Below, piece by piece: positions 10,792 to 18,847 of a DNA stretch of 64,000 nt. This DNA is from Acidimicrobiia bacterium (GTDB lineage: Bacteria; Actinomycetota; Acidimicrobiia; Spongiisociales; ZC4RG35): positions 1,248,001 through 1,312,000 of the forward strand of contig CBDBCY010000004.1 of NCBI GenBank assembly GCA_965203555.1. The letters are read 5' to 3'. The notes beneath the pieces are model-generated. The model worked only from the letters and a program-made list of their open reading frames with translations. It did not search any database and was not told where the DNA came from. Made by a program: the position numbers and the translations under genes. Each line of letters starts with the position of its first letter. Within the stretch, counting starts at the first letter, position 1.

Positions 10792-11730
10792 GTGGACCTC
10801 AACACACAGTTGCCATCGCGCCGCCCCCTGTTCCGGACAGGCGAAAGCGGGCCGGCCCGCATCGGTTCGCACGTCACGATCAGCACGGACCTAGACCTTC
10901 CGACGGCTTCCTTGACCTATCCTTTGATCATGTGCGGTCGTGCGACCGACGCCTTGAGTCTTCTGCCGACCGGTAGCGTGCAGACGGTCGTGACCTCTCC
11001 TCCGTACTGGTCGTTGCGGGACTACGACGTTTCCCAGCAAATCGGTTGCGATGACGGACTGGGAGAGTACGTCGAGAGCATCGTCACGGCCTTCGACCAG
11101 ATTCGGCGCGTTCTCACTGATGACGGCACCGTCTGGCTCAACGTCGGAGACAGTTACACCTCGGGCAACCGGAAGTACCGCGCCCCGGATCGCAGGAACC
11201 GGGCAAGAGCGATGTCGGTGCGCCCTCCTACTCCGGTTGGACTGAAGCCGAAGGATCTGATCGGCGTTCCGTGGCGGCTTGCCTTCGCTCTCCAGGATGC
11301 CGGGTGGTGGCTGAGGTCCGAAGTGATCTGGTATAAGCCCAATGCGCATCCCGAGTCGGTACGTGACCGGCCCACGAAGGCTCACGAGACTGTGTTTCTG
11401 TTGTCGAAGAATCAGGACTACTTCTACGACGTCTCGGCCGTGACGGGACCGAACGGCCGTCGGCTGCGGACGATGTGGGACATCAATACCGAGCCCAGGT
11501 CTCGGAAGGCGGGGGGGATTGATGACCACCCTGCGGTCATGCCAATGACCCTGGCTCGTCGGTGCATCCGGATCACCAGTCGCCCCGGTGATGTGGTCCT
11601 CGATCCTTACGCCGGGTCCGGGACGACGCTCGTGGCAGCCAGGGAACTCCACAGGAACTGGGTCGGCATCGAACTGAAGCCCGAGTATGTGGATCTTATA
11701 GAACGCAGGATTGCCACGGCAACCACCTGA
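10792..11730 (+). CDS. Orphan beta-class amino DNA methyltransferase 2
   Basis: VTSPPY, WLNVGDSY, KPKDLIGVPWRLAFALQ..GW.LRSEVIWYKPN.PESVRDRPT.AHE, HPAVMP, DPYAGSGTT. Start inferred from the promoter. Confidence 0.9.
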   Translation: MDLNTQLPSRRPLFRTGESGPARIGSHVTISTDLDLPTASLTYPLIMCGRATDALSLLPTGSVQTVVTSPPYWSLRDYDVSQQIGCDDGLGEYVESIVTAFDQIRRVLTDDGTVWLNVGDSYTSGNRKYRAPDRRNRARAMSVRPPTPVGLKPKDLIGVPWRLAFALQDAGWWLRSEVIWYKPNAHPESVRDRPTKAHETVFLLSKNQDYFYDVSAVTGPNGRRLRTMWDINTEPRSRKAGGIDDHPAVMPMTLARRCIRITSRPGDVVLDPYAGSGTTLVAARELHRNWVGIELKPEYVDLIERRIATATT

Positions 11731-11894
11731 GGACCATCGACGAACTCAAGGACCGAATCGAGTCTCTTTCGCCGATGGCCGTCCGGCTCGTCGCACGTCT
11801 GACCTGCATGGGAACAGACATACCACACCCATAGGGCGAGCCTCTGCGTAAGCCCCTCGGCGAGACGCGAAGATCCTCCGAGGCAGACTCCCGG

Positions 11895-13190
11895 TCAGTT
11901 GAACTGCATCTCTTCGGTGGAGCCCACCAGCGCCAATGTGGAGGCGTTGCCGCCGCTCACGGCTTGCGCCACCCGGTCGAAATAGCCCGCTCCGACCTCG
12001 GCCTGGTGCTTGGTGGCGGTGTAGCCATGAACCTCTGAGGCAAACTCCCGGTTCTGAAGCCTGCTGTAGGCGGCCATGCCTTCGGCGCCGTACGCCCGGG
12101 CCAGGTCAAAGGTGTGGTAGTTGACCGAGTGCCAACCTGCCAGCGTGATGAACTGGAACCTGTATCCCAACTCGGCGAGTTCATTCTGGAATCGAGCGAT
12201 CTCATCGTTGTTGAGATGCTGTCTCCAGTTGAACGACGGCGAGCAATTGTAGGCCAAGAGCTTCCCGGGGAATTCAGCATGGACGGCCTCCGCAAACCGC
12301 GCCGCATCTTGGATGTCCGGTTCGGGGGTCTCGCACCACAGGATATCGGCGAATGGAGCGTAGGTCAGGGCGCGGGCCGTCGCCGCCTCCATGCCGCCTC
12401 GCACCACATGGTATCCCTCGGCAGTTCGCTCCCCGGTGAGGAACCGATGGTCCCGCTCATCGACATCGCTCATCAGCAAGGTGGCGTCCCGGGCGTCGGT
12501 CCGAGCCATCAGAACGGTCGGCACATCCATCACATCGGACGCCAGGCGCGCCGCGGTCAGGGTACGAATGAACTGCGAGGTGGGCACCAGGACCTTGCCG
12601 CCCATGTGTCCGCACTTTTTCTCGGATGCGAGTTGATCCTCGAAATGAACACCTGCGGCGCCGGCCTCGATCATGGACTTCATCAGTTCGTAGCTGTGGA
12701 TAGGACCACCGAAACCCGCCTCCGCGTCGGCGACGATCGGAGCGAACCAGTGGGCGCCGTACTCGCCGTTGAGGTGAGCGATCTGATCAGCGCGCATCAA
12801 AGCACTGTTGATCCGTCTGATCAGGGTCGGCGCACTGTTGGATGGATAGAGGCTCTGGTCGGGATAAGTCTGTCCCGACAGGTTGGCGTCGGCAGCCACC
12901 TGCCAACCGCTCAGGTAGATAGCTTGCAGTCCGGCTTTGACCATCTGCACCGCTTGGGAGCCGGTCAGGGCGCCAAAGGTGCGGACAAAGGGCTCTGTCT
13001 GGAGCAGATTCCACAGCCGTTCGGCTCCGGCCCGGGCAAGGGTGTGTTCGATCTGCAGGGACCCGCGCAGCGCCAACACGTCCTGCGGGGAGTAAGAGCG
13101 CTGTATTCCTTGCCACCGCTCCTCGAAATCCCAGCGGACTTGGAGGTCGCCTACTACAGCGTCAAACCCATTGTGGCCATTAATCGACAT
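11895..13190 (-). CDS. aceA: Isocitrate lyase
   Basis: [39 protein letters not shown] signature, [17 protein letters not shown]; AAAGGAGG RBS before ATG 13190. Confidence 0.97.
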   Translation of the reverse strand: MSINGHNGFDAVVGDLQVRWDFEERWQGIQRSYSPQDVLALRGSLQIEHTLARAGAERLWNLLQTEPFVRTFGALTGSQAVQMVKAGLQAIYLSGWQVAADANLSGQTYPDQSLYPSNSAPTLIRRINSALMRADQIAHLNGEYGAHWFAPIVADAEAGFGGPIHSYELMKSMIEAGAAGVHFEDQLASEKKCGHMGGKVLVPTSQFIRTLTAARLASDVMDVPTVLMARTDARDATLLMSDVDERDHRFLTGERTAEGYHVVRGGMEAATARALTYAPFADILWCETPEPDIQDAARFAEAVHAEFPGKLLAYNCSPSFNWRQHLNNDEIARFQNELAELGYRFQFITLAGWHSVNYHTFDLARAYGAEGMAAYSRLQNREFASEVHGYTATKHQAEVGAGYFDRVAQAVSGGNASTLALVGSTEEMQFN

Positions 13191-13323
13191 GATGATCATC
13201 CTCCTTTGGCATTGCGGGTTTGGCTGCTTGAACTGCGCGCCGGTAATCGTCACCTTCGGGGTAAAGCCCAGATGATGCAACGACTCTTCGACACATTAAA
13301 GGAAAGTGTGCTCGATTTCAAGT

Positions 13324-13371
13324 GATAGGAGAAGACCCTAATTTCATATCAGAGCGATAGGCGAAGCTTAT
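13324..13371. promoter_or_regulatory. Probable LysR binding sites between divergent aceA and lysR
   Basis: Direct repeats GATAGGAGAAG (13324) and GATAGGCGAAG (13356); the second forms ATA-N9-TAT, a T-N11-A LysR box. Confidence 0.55.
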
Positions 13372-13412
13372 ACTTCCACAGTACGGAACATCTTCCACAG
13401 TGCGGGATTGTT

Positions 13413-14360
13413 ATGGAGCTTTCACAACTTGAATCGTTTATCGAGGCGGCCAAATCGGGGAGTTTTCGCGGGGCAGCCCGCGCCTTGTACCTGAGCCAGC
13501 CATCCGTGAGCGGGCGAATCCGGGCCCTCGAGCGGGAATTGCGGACTCCTCTCTTCCATCGCATGGGCCGGGGGGTGAGACTCACTGAAGCCGGGGAAGC
13601 CTTCCGCCCTTTTGTCGAGCAGGCACTTGAGACCATTGATCTGGGCACGCAAGCCGTTCGCAATACCCAGGAGTCCCAGCGGCGGACCATCACCATCGGG
13701 TCGGCCCGGATCATAGGAACCTACATACTCCCCCCCACCCTCGAGCGTTTCCAGCACCGCTTCCCCGGGGTGGCGGCTCGTATCCGCACCGGACGGTCAT
13801 CAGACGTGATAGATATGGTTGCGAACGGAGTGGTGGACATAGGCCTGTCGAGAGGTCTTGACCACCCGGAAGTGTTCTCGATACATCTCTACGACGAACC
13901 GATCGTCCTGGCAACCTATCCCGATCATCCCTTCGCGGAGCGCGGATACGCCTACATCTGGGAGGTGGCCAGACAGCCCCTTATCCTCTACGATCCCAGT
14001 TCCACTTACTTCCTGCTCATCAATCAAGCCTGCCGAGAAGCGGGAATCGTCCCTCAGATCGAGACGATGCTGGACAACATCGAAGCAACCAAGCGCATGG
14101 TGGCTCTGGGGCTGGGTATCTCCTTTCTGCCTCACAGCGCCATCCTCACTGAAATCGAGCAGGGGACTCTTCGACACATCGAGTTGAAGGGTGATCAGCA
14201 TGTGCATCTGCCCACCCACGTCTTGGTGCGACGAGCCCAGCACTACAGTGCACCCCTGCTCGATTTCCTCAGACTCCTGCGAGACATCTATGGGTGCGAC
14301 ATCTCCGAAATCGCGGGGAGCCCGTTAGCTCCTGGGGCGAGTTCGGGCTCGGTCGGCTAA
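13413..14360 (+). CDS. LysR-family transcriptional regulator, divergent from aceA
   Basis: GSFRGAARALYLSQPSVSGRIRALEREL..LFHR..RGVRLTEAG; C-terminal VALGLGISFLP. Confidence 0.95.
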   Translation: MELSQLESFIEAAKSGSFRGAARALYLSQPSVSGRIRALERELRTPLFHRMGRGVRLTEAGEAFRPFVEQALETIDLGTQAVRNTQESQRRTITIGSARIIGTYILPPTLERFQHRFPGVAARIRTGRSSDVIDMVANGVVDIGLSRGLDHPEVFSIHLYDEPIVLATYPDHPFAERGYAYIWEVARQPLILYDPSSTYFLLINQACREAGIVPQIETMLDNIEATKRMVALGLGISFLPHSAILTEIEQGTLRHIELKGDQHVHLPTHVLVRRAQHYSAPLLDFLRLLRDIYGCDISEIAGSPLAPGASSGSVG

Positions 14361-14544
14361 GGCGTGTTCACATCATGCGGGGGGTCGCGGGTGAGGGCGG
14401 GGGTGATGTGGGCGAGGAACGTAAACCAACTGGGAGCGCCGGTTTCTGTCACCAAGCGCTCGGTGGGTCGGGGGTCTTTCGGCAACCGTTTGGTGGACGC
14501 TGCGGAAAAGTTTTAGTGTTTGTTTTCACAACTTAGTGATGTTT

Positions 14545-14572
14545 TGTCACACCCCCTGTGCATACTGTACAC
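14545..14572 (+). promoter_or_regulatory. PafBC-type promoter candidate TGTCAC-ACCCCCTGTG-CATACT-N6-ATG (leaderless)
   Basis: N10 spacing; ATG at 14573 lies 6 nt after the -10 box. Confidence 0.7.
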
Positions 14573-15796
14573 ATGAAACAAGCAGTCAACAGCCGGCGGT
14601 CCGCCAACCTGGCCAAGCTCCTGTCACCCTCTCTGCCGGTCGTAGAGGCGTCGGTTGAAGAACTGAAACAGCGAATCCAGTCCACCATCCGCGTCCAGAA
14701 CCAAGTGGCGGCGGTCCGCGCCCAGGCGGTGTCGGAGTTGCGCCGCCGCCAGGGGGCGGAGAAGGTGGAGACGATTTTGCGGGAGGACGGTCTGTTGGGC
14801 CGTCGGAAGGCCCGGTCGGAGGTGGAGACCGCCCGGGGGTTGGAGGAGCTGCCCAAAACCCGGGAAGGGTTACGCAAGGGAGAGATCTCTGCTGACAACG
14901 CGCGTATCCTGGCGGGCGCCAACCAGAGGGGAACCATCGTCGAGGACGAGTTGTTGGACGGGGCCCGTTCCCAGTCTCCTGACAAGTTCGCCCGCATGGT
15001 ACGCAAACACGAACAGGCCCGTGCCCAAGATGATGGTGTGTCGAAGTTGGAGCATCAGCGCTCCCGCCGGTTCGCCAAGCTCACCACCGACCAAGACGAC
15101 GGAATGACCGTCCTTTATGGGCGTTTCGACCCGGTCACCGGCGCCCGGGTCGAAACGGCGGTGTCTCACATGATGAAACAACTATGGCACCAAGAAGACC
15201 CCACCGATCGGGCTACTGCGGGTCAGCGGATGGCCGACGCCATAGCCGAACTGGTCACCCGCCAAGGCAAAGACAAGAACGGTGGTTCCCAGGGCGTGAG
15301 GTTGTTGTTGATCGCCGACTACGACACGGTCAGCCAACAGTTGGGCAACCCTCGCCTCGAGAACGGAACCCCCCTCCCCGCCCAGACCCTGCGCCAGTTG
15401 GCCTGCGACGCTCAGATCCTGCCCGCCATGTTCTCGGGTTCGTCGGTGCCGCTGGATTTGGGACGGGCGCGGCGGACGGCCAGCGGTTCCCAGCGGGCCG
15501 CGCTGGTCGCCCGGGACAAACACTGTGTGGGTTGCGGCGCCAAAGCCTCCTGGTGCCAGGCCCACCACATCGTCCACTGGCAAGACGGGGGTCCCACCAA
15601 CCTGGACAACATGTGTCTTCTGTGCAGCAAATGCCACCACAAAGTCCACGACAATGACTGGCAGGTTGAACGCACTACAACCGGCGCCTACCGGCTCCGC
15701 CCACCACCCACCCAATGGGGACGCCCACCCCGACCTAAGTACCGGAACCGCCGACGCCAACCCACGCGCCGACGCCCGATCAAACAGAGAAAATGA
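14573..15796 (+). CDS. DUF222 / HNH endonuclease protein (REP13E12-like family)
   Basis: QRMADAIAEL, LACDA, PLDLGR..R, QRAALVARDKHCVGC...CQAHHIVHWQDGGPTNLDN..LLCSKCHHKVH. Confidence 0.92.
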   Translation: MKQAVNSRRSANLAKLLSPSLPVVEASVEELKQRIQSTIRVQNQVAAVRAQAVSELRRRQGAEKVETILREDGLLGRRKARSEVETARGLEELPKTREGLRKGEISADNARILAGANQRGTIVEDELLDGARSQSPDKFARMVRKHEQARAQDDGVSKLEHQRSRRFAKLTTDQDDGMTVLYGRFDPVTGARVETAVSHMMKQLWHQEDPTDRATAGQRMADAIAELVTRQGKDKNGGSQGVRLLLIADYDTVSQQLGNPRLENGTPLPAQTLRQLACDAQILPAMFSGSSVPLDLGRARRTASGSQRAALVARDKHCVGCGAKASWCQAHHIVHWQDGGPTNLDNMCLLCSKCHHKVHDNDWQVERTTTGAYRLRPPPTQWGRPPRPKYRNRRRQPTRRRPIKQRK

Positions 15797-16060
15797 CCGA
15801 ACCCGCGTCCTGTCTCTATGGTTCCTGCCGGCCCGTTTTGCCACTCTTGATCCACGCCCATCCCCAATGGGGGTTTCTGGAAGCACTTTGAACACCAGAT
15901 ACAACACCCCGCTAATTGTTTACCGGCTCAAACGCGCATAAACAGCGCGCCACCTCCCAAACCGGGACGGCAACCCCCGCCACCTGCCGCCATCCTCCCG
16001 CCACCACGCCAAACCACCACCCCACCCAAGCGTGAACACGTCTTGGTACGCTCTGCCCTG

Positions 16061-16792
16061 ATGTCGAGTTCTCGTGCCGTCGTTACCGGCGCCTCCGGCG
16101 CCATCGGCTCGGCTTGCGTGCGCCTGCTCCACGAACGAGGGTGGGAGATCACCGGCATTGATGTAGCTGAGCCTCCGTCCGATCTCGAATACGTCTCGTG
16201 GCACATGGTCGATGTCCGCGATCGGCAAGCTTTGGGCAAGGTGGCAGAACGATACGGGCCGGTCCAGCTGCTAATCAACGGCGCCGGTTTCGGAGACCGG
16301 GCGCCCGCCGCCGAGATGACCGCACATCAGTGGCAAAGCGTGCTGGATGTCTGCCTGACGGGCACTTTCATGACCTCCCAAGCCTTCTATCCCAACCTGT
16401 GCGAAGCCCAAGGAGCGGTGGTGATGAACATCGCCTCACTGGCCGCGCAACGATCCTGCGCCCTTCACGCCAACTACTGCGCCGCCAAAGCAGGGGTCGA
16501 GTCGCTCACTCAAGTGCTGGCGCTGGAGTGGGCCGCCGACAAGATACGAGTGATAGCGGTGAGCCCGGGTGTGGTGAACACCCCCATCGTCCGCAAGAAC
16601 ATGGCCCCCGGCTCAGAACGAGAAAAAGCCATCATCGGCATGACCCCCCTGGGTCGCCTGTTCGGACCAGACGAACTGGCCCGACTGATCCTGGCATACT
16701 CCTCCGAAGACTTCTACCACGTAACAGGCGCCACCCTGGTAGCCGACGGAGGCTTCGCTACTGCTGGCGGGCTGCCTCAGTTTTATGACTGA
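16061..16792 (+). CDS. Short-chain dehydrogenase/reductase
   Basis: VTGASGAIG, INGAG, NIAS, YCAAK, DGG. Confidence 0.9.
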   Translation: MSSSRAVVTGASGAIGSACVRLLHERGWEITGIDVAEPPSDLEYVSWHMVDVRDRQALGKVAERYGPVQLLINGAGFGDRAPAAEMTAHQWQSVLDVCLTGTFMTSQAFYPNLCEAQGAVVMNIASLAAQRSCALHANYCAAKAGVESLTQVLALEWAADKIRVIAVSPGVVNTPIVRKNMAPGSEREKAIIGMTPLGRLFGPDELARLILAYSSEDFYHVTGATLVADGGFATAGGLPQFYD

Positions 16793-16835
16793 GGGGCTCA
16801 CCGGAGGCTGCCCTGCCTGTGAACACAGGGCTGGC

Positions 16836-17513
16836 TCAGGGCGAGCAACGCCTTTCAGAAGCGTAACCGGATAGCCTTTCCCAACTTCCGCTGTCCTTCA
16901 TTGTGAAATTGGGGGGCGCCGTGCGGCGGGCAATGGCTACGGCGTTGCAACTCAAACATTTCGCCACGTACCTCATCTCCTGTGGGTCGATGCCCGCCTT
17001 CTGCTCGAAGGGAGTCAGCCGATGTCCCAGTTGCCGCGACTGTTCAGTCAAATAGTCCGGGACCGGGCTGGGGACTCGGGCGGGGGCGGTGTCGGGTGTG
17101 CGCCCGGGAACGCGGATGCGGCGCACCTTTCCCGTCGAGGTTCCCGCCGTTGGACGCCGCTCAGAAGGCTTGGTCCGGGATCTGGCAGGCGATTCCGTGA
17201 GCGCTTCCGACGGCGCCGGCGCCACCGATGAATGCCCGCTCGACTCTACAGGCGCCGCAGTCGGTTGCTCATCCGGCTCTGTGGTGGCCAAGGGCAGAGA
17301 CGGAGGAGCAGGGGCAGGCGCTTCGGTCCTTTTCTGTCCTACTCCGCGACGCAGCCGGGAAAAGACCCTCTTGACCCGCCGACGGTCGGGCCTTTCGGTG
17401 TCTTTTCGGAGGCGTTCCCCTCTTCTTGCCTTCTTCCCGAATGGGAGAATGCCCTGCTCCAATTCCTCGGGGGTGGGGACATCAAAGTCGGGAGTGGCGT
17501 CTCGTCGACTCAT
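16836..17513 (-). CDS. Hypothetical protein: Pro/Arg-rich low-complexity region plus a C-terminal putative Zn-binding module (H...CxxC...C)
   Basis: ATG at 17513 overlaps the Hsp70 stop (ATGA); C-terminus GHRL...AKCLSCNA...ERRC. Confidence 0.7.
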   Translation of the reverse strand: MSRRDATPDFDVPTPEELEQGILPFGKKARRGERLRKDTERPDRRRVKRVFSRLRRGVGQKRTEAPAPAPPSLPLATTEPDEQPTAAPVESSGHSSVAPAPSEALTESPARSRTKPSERRPTAGTSTGKVRRIRVPGRTPDTAPARVPSPVPDYLTEQSRQLGHRLTPFEQKAGIDPQEMRYVAKCLSCNAVAIARRTAPPNFTMKDSGSWERLSGYASERRCSP

Positions 17514-18847
17514 GTCCAAATCTCCTGTGCGACCACTCCCAAACCTTTGGCGACGGTTGTGAACGGTTCCCGGTCACGTATCTTGTCTGCTCCGAAAACC
17601 CGTTCCAGCATCGCTGCAAAGGAGAACAAACGCGATGAGCCTCCGGTGCGGAACACCGCCGTGACCTGGTCCGGGCCTATTCCCACTCTGTCCAACGCTT
17701 TGAGCATCTGATTTCGGATAGTACGCAGGTAGGGCTCGGTTAGCCGGTCGAGGTCGGTTCTGTTCAGTGGTATCGACAAGTCTCCCTGTGGAGGATGAAA
17801 CTCGATGGAGGTCATCGACCTCTCCGACAGTCTGATCTTCGCCCTCTCTATGGCCTTGTGAAACGGATGCGCCTGGCCCCCTCTCACAATGGCGTCCACC
17901 AGTGCGCCGGAACGCGGATTCAACTTTCTCAGTTGATTGAGGACATAGAAAGTGTGCCTGTTGGTCATCAAACCCCGGAAGCCGCTCCAACTGCCCAGGC
18001 TGTCTCTGAACCAGGTCGGTATGGACGGGTGGTCAAGCCCCAGTGAGGGCGCCACCTTGTCACGGAAGATCAACTGGTCGAAGATCGAACCTCCTATTCT
18101 GGCGCCTTCCATGCTCACCACCTCTCCCTCCTGACCGTCGACCTCCACCACCGCTATGTCGAACGTCCCTCCCCCGAAGTCGACAGCTACCGCGTAACCG
18201 TCCGGAATCACCGTATCGAGAGCGGCGGCGGCCGGCTCCGGATACAACTCCACCTCTGAGAATCCGGCTTCGTGTGCGGCCTCCTTCAGCCTGTCCTCCG
18301 CCAGTTGCTGCAGTTCTTCGAAGTCTTCCTCGGCGGTCCCGAAAAAGGCCACCGGATGTCCTATAACCACTCTGGTCACGTCCTGACCGGTTAACCGATC
18401 AGCGCGGCGTTTCAAATCTCTGATACCGATGGAGGCCAGTTGCTCCATGGTGAAGTCGATCGACCACGAATGGGTACTGCGGAAGAGATCGTTGGCGAAT
18501 TCGCTCTTGAGTTCACCCATCAGTCGTGAATCGAGACAACCTCCCCCGCGCTCGTACTGGCGGCAGTCACTACCCCACTTCCAACCCCTTCGACCATGTC
18601 TCTCCCGGACCACCAGAGCACAGTGCTCGCAACTGGTGCGCTGGTCACCGGTGATCGTGAACTGCTCCACCGCCCGGTCTCCCGCCATTCGAAGGCCATC
18701 TCGATGCAGATAGGTAATTGAAGGGACCGAGTTGGGCATGCCCGCGTCGATACCCAACCGCAACACCTCCACCCGGTGGGGATAGGCCACAGAGATGGAA
18801 CTGTTGGTCGTACCGTAGTCGATACCGTAAGCGAGAGGACTGTTCAC
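17510..18847 (-). CDS. Hsp70-family ATPase (YegD-like, nucleotide-binding domain only) with a Cys-rich insertion
   Basis: GIDYGTTNS, VIGHPV.F, PEPAAAA, VDFGGGTFDI, IGGSIFD, IERAKIRLS, TGGSS, VAKGL; 445 aa, no peptide-binding domain. Confidence 0.9.
   Translation of the reverse strand: MNSPLAYGIDYGTTNSSISVAYPHRVEVLRLGIDAGMPNSVPSITYLHRDGLRMAGDRAVEQFTITGDQRTSCEHCALVVRERHGRRGWKWGSDCRQYERGGGCLDSRLMGELKSEFANDLFRSTHSWSIDFTMEQLASIGIRDLKRRADRLTGQDVTRVVIGHPVAFFGTAEEDFEELQQLAEDRLKEAAHEAGFSEVELYPEPAAAALDTVIPDGYAVAVDFGGGTFDIAVVEVDGQEGEVVSMEGARIGGSIFDQLIFRDKVAPSLGLDHPSIPTWFRDSLGSWSGFRGLMTNRHTFYVLNQLRKLNPRSGALVDAIVRGGQAHPFHKAIERAKIRLSERSMTSIEFHPPQGDLSIPLNRTDLDRLTEPYLRTIRNQMLKALDRVGIGPDQVTAVFRTGGSSRLFSFAAMLERVFGADKIRDREPFTTVAKGLGVVAQEIWT

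Larger units (their letters stand above)
14359..16044. mobile_element. Putative non-autonomous element with 13-bp terminal inverted repeats, carrying a DUF222-HNH gene
   Basis: Left AAGGCGTGTTCAC (14359-14371) and right GTGAACACGTCTT (16032-16044) match at 12/13; G-rich inside the left end, C-rich inside the right end; no transposase. Confidence 0.5.
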
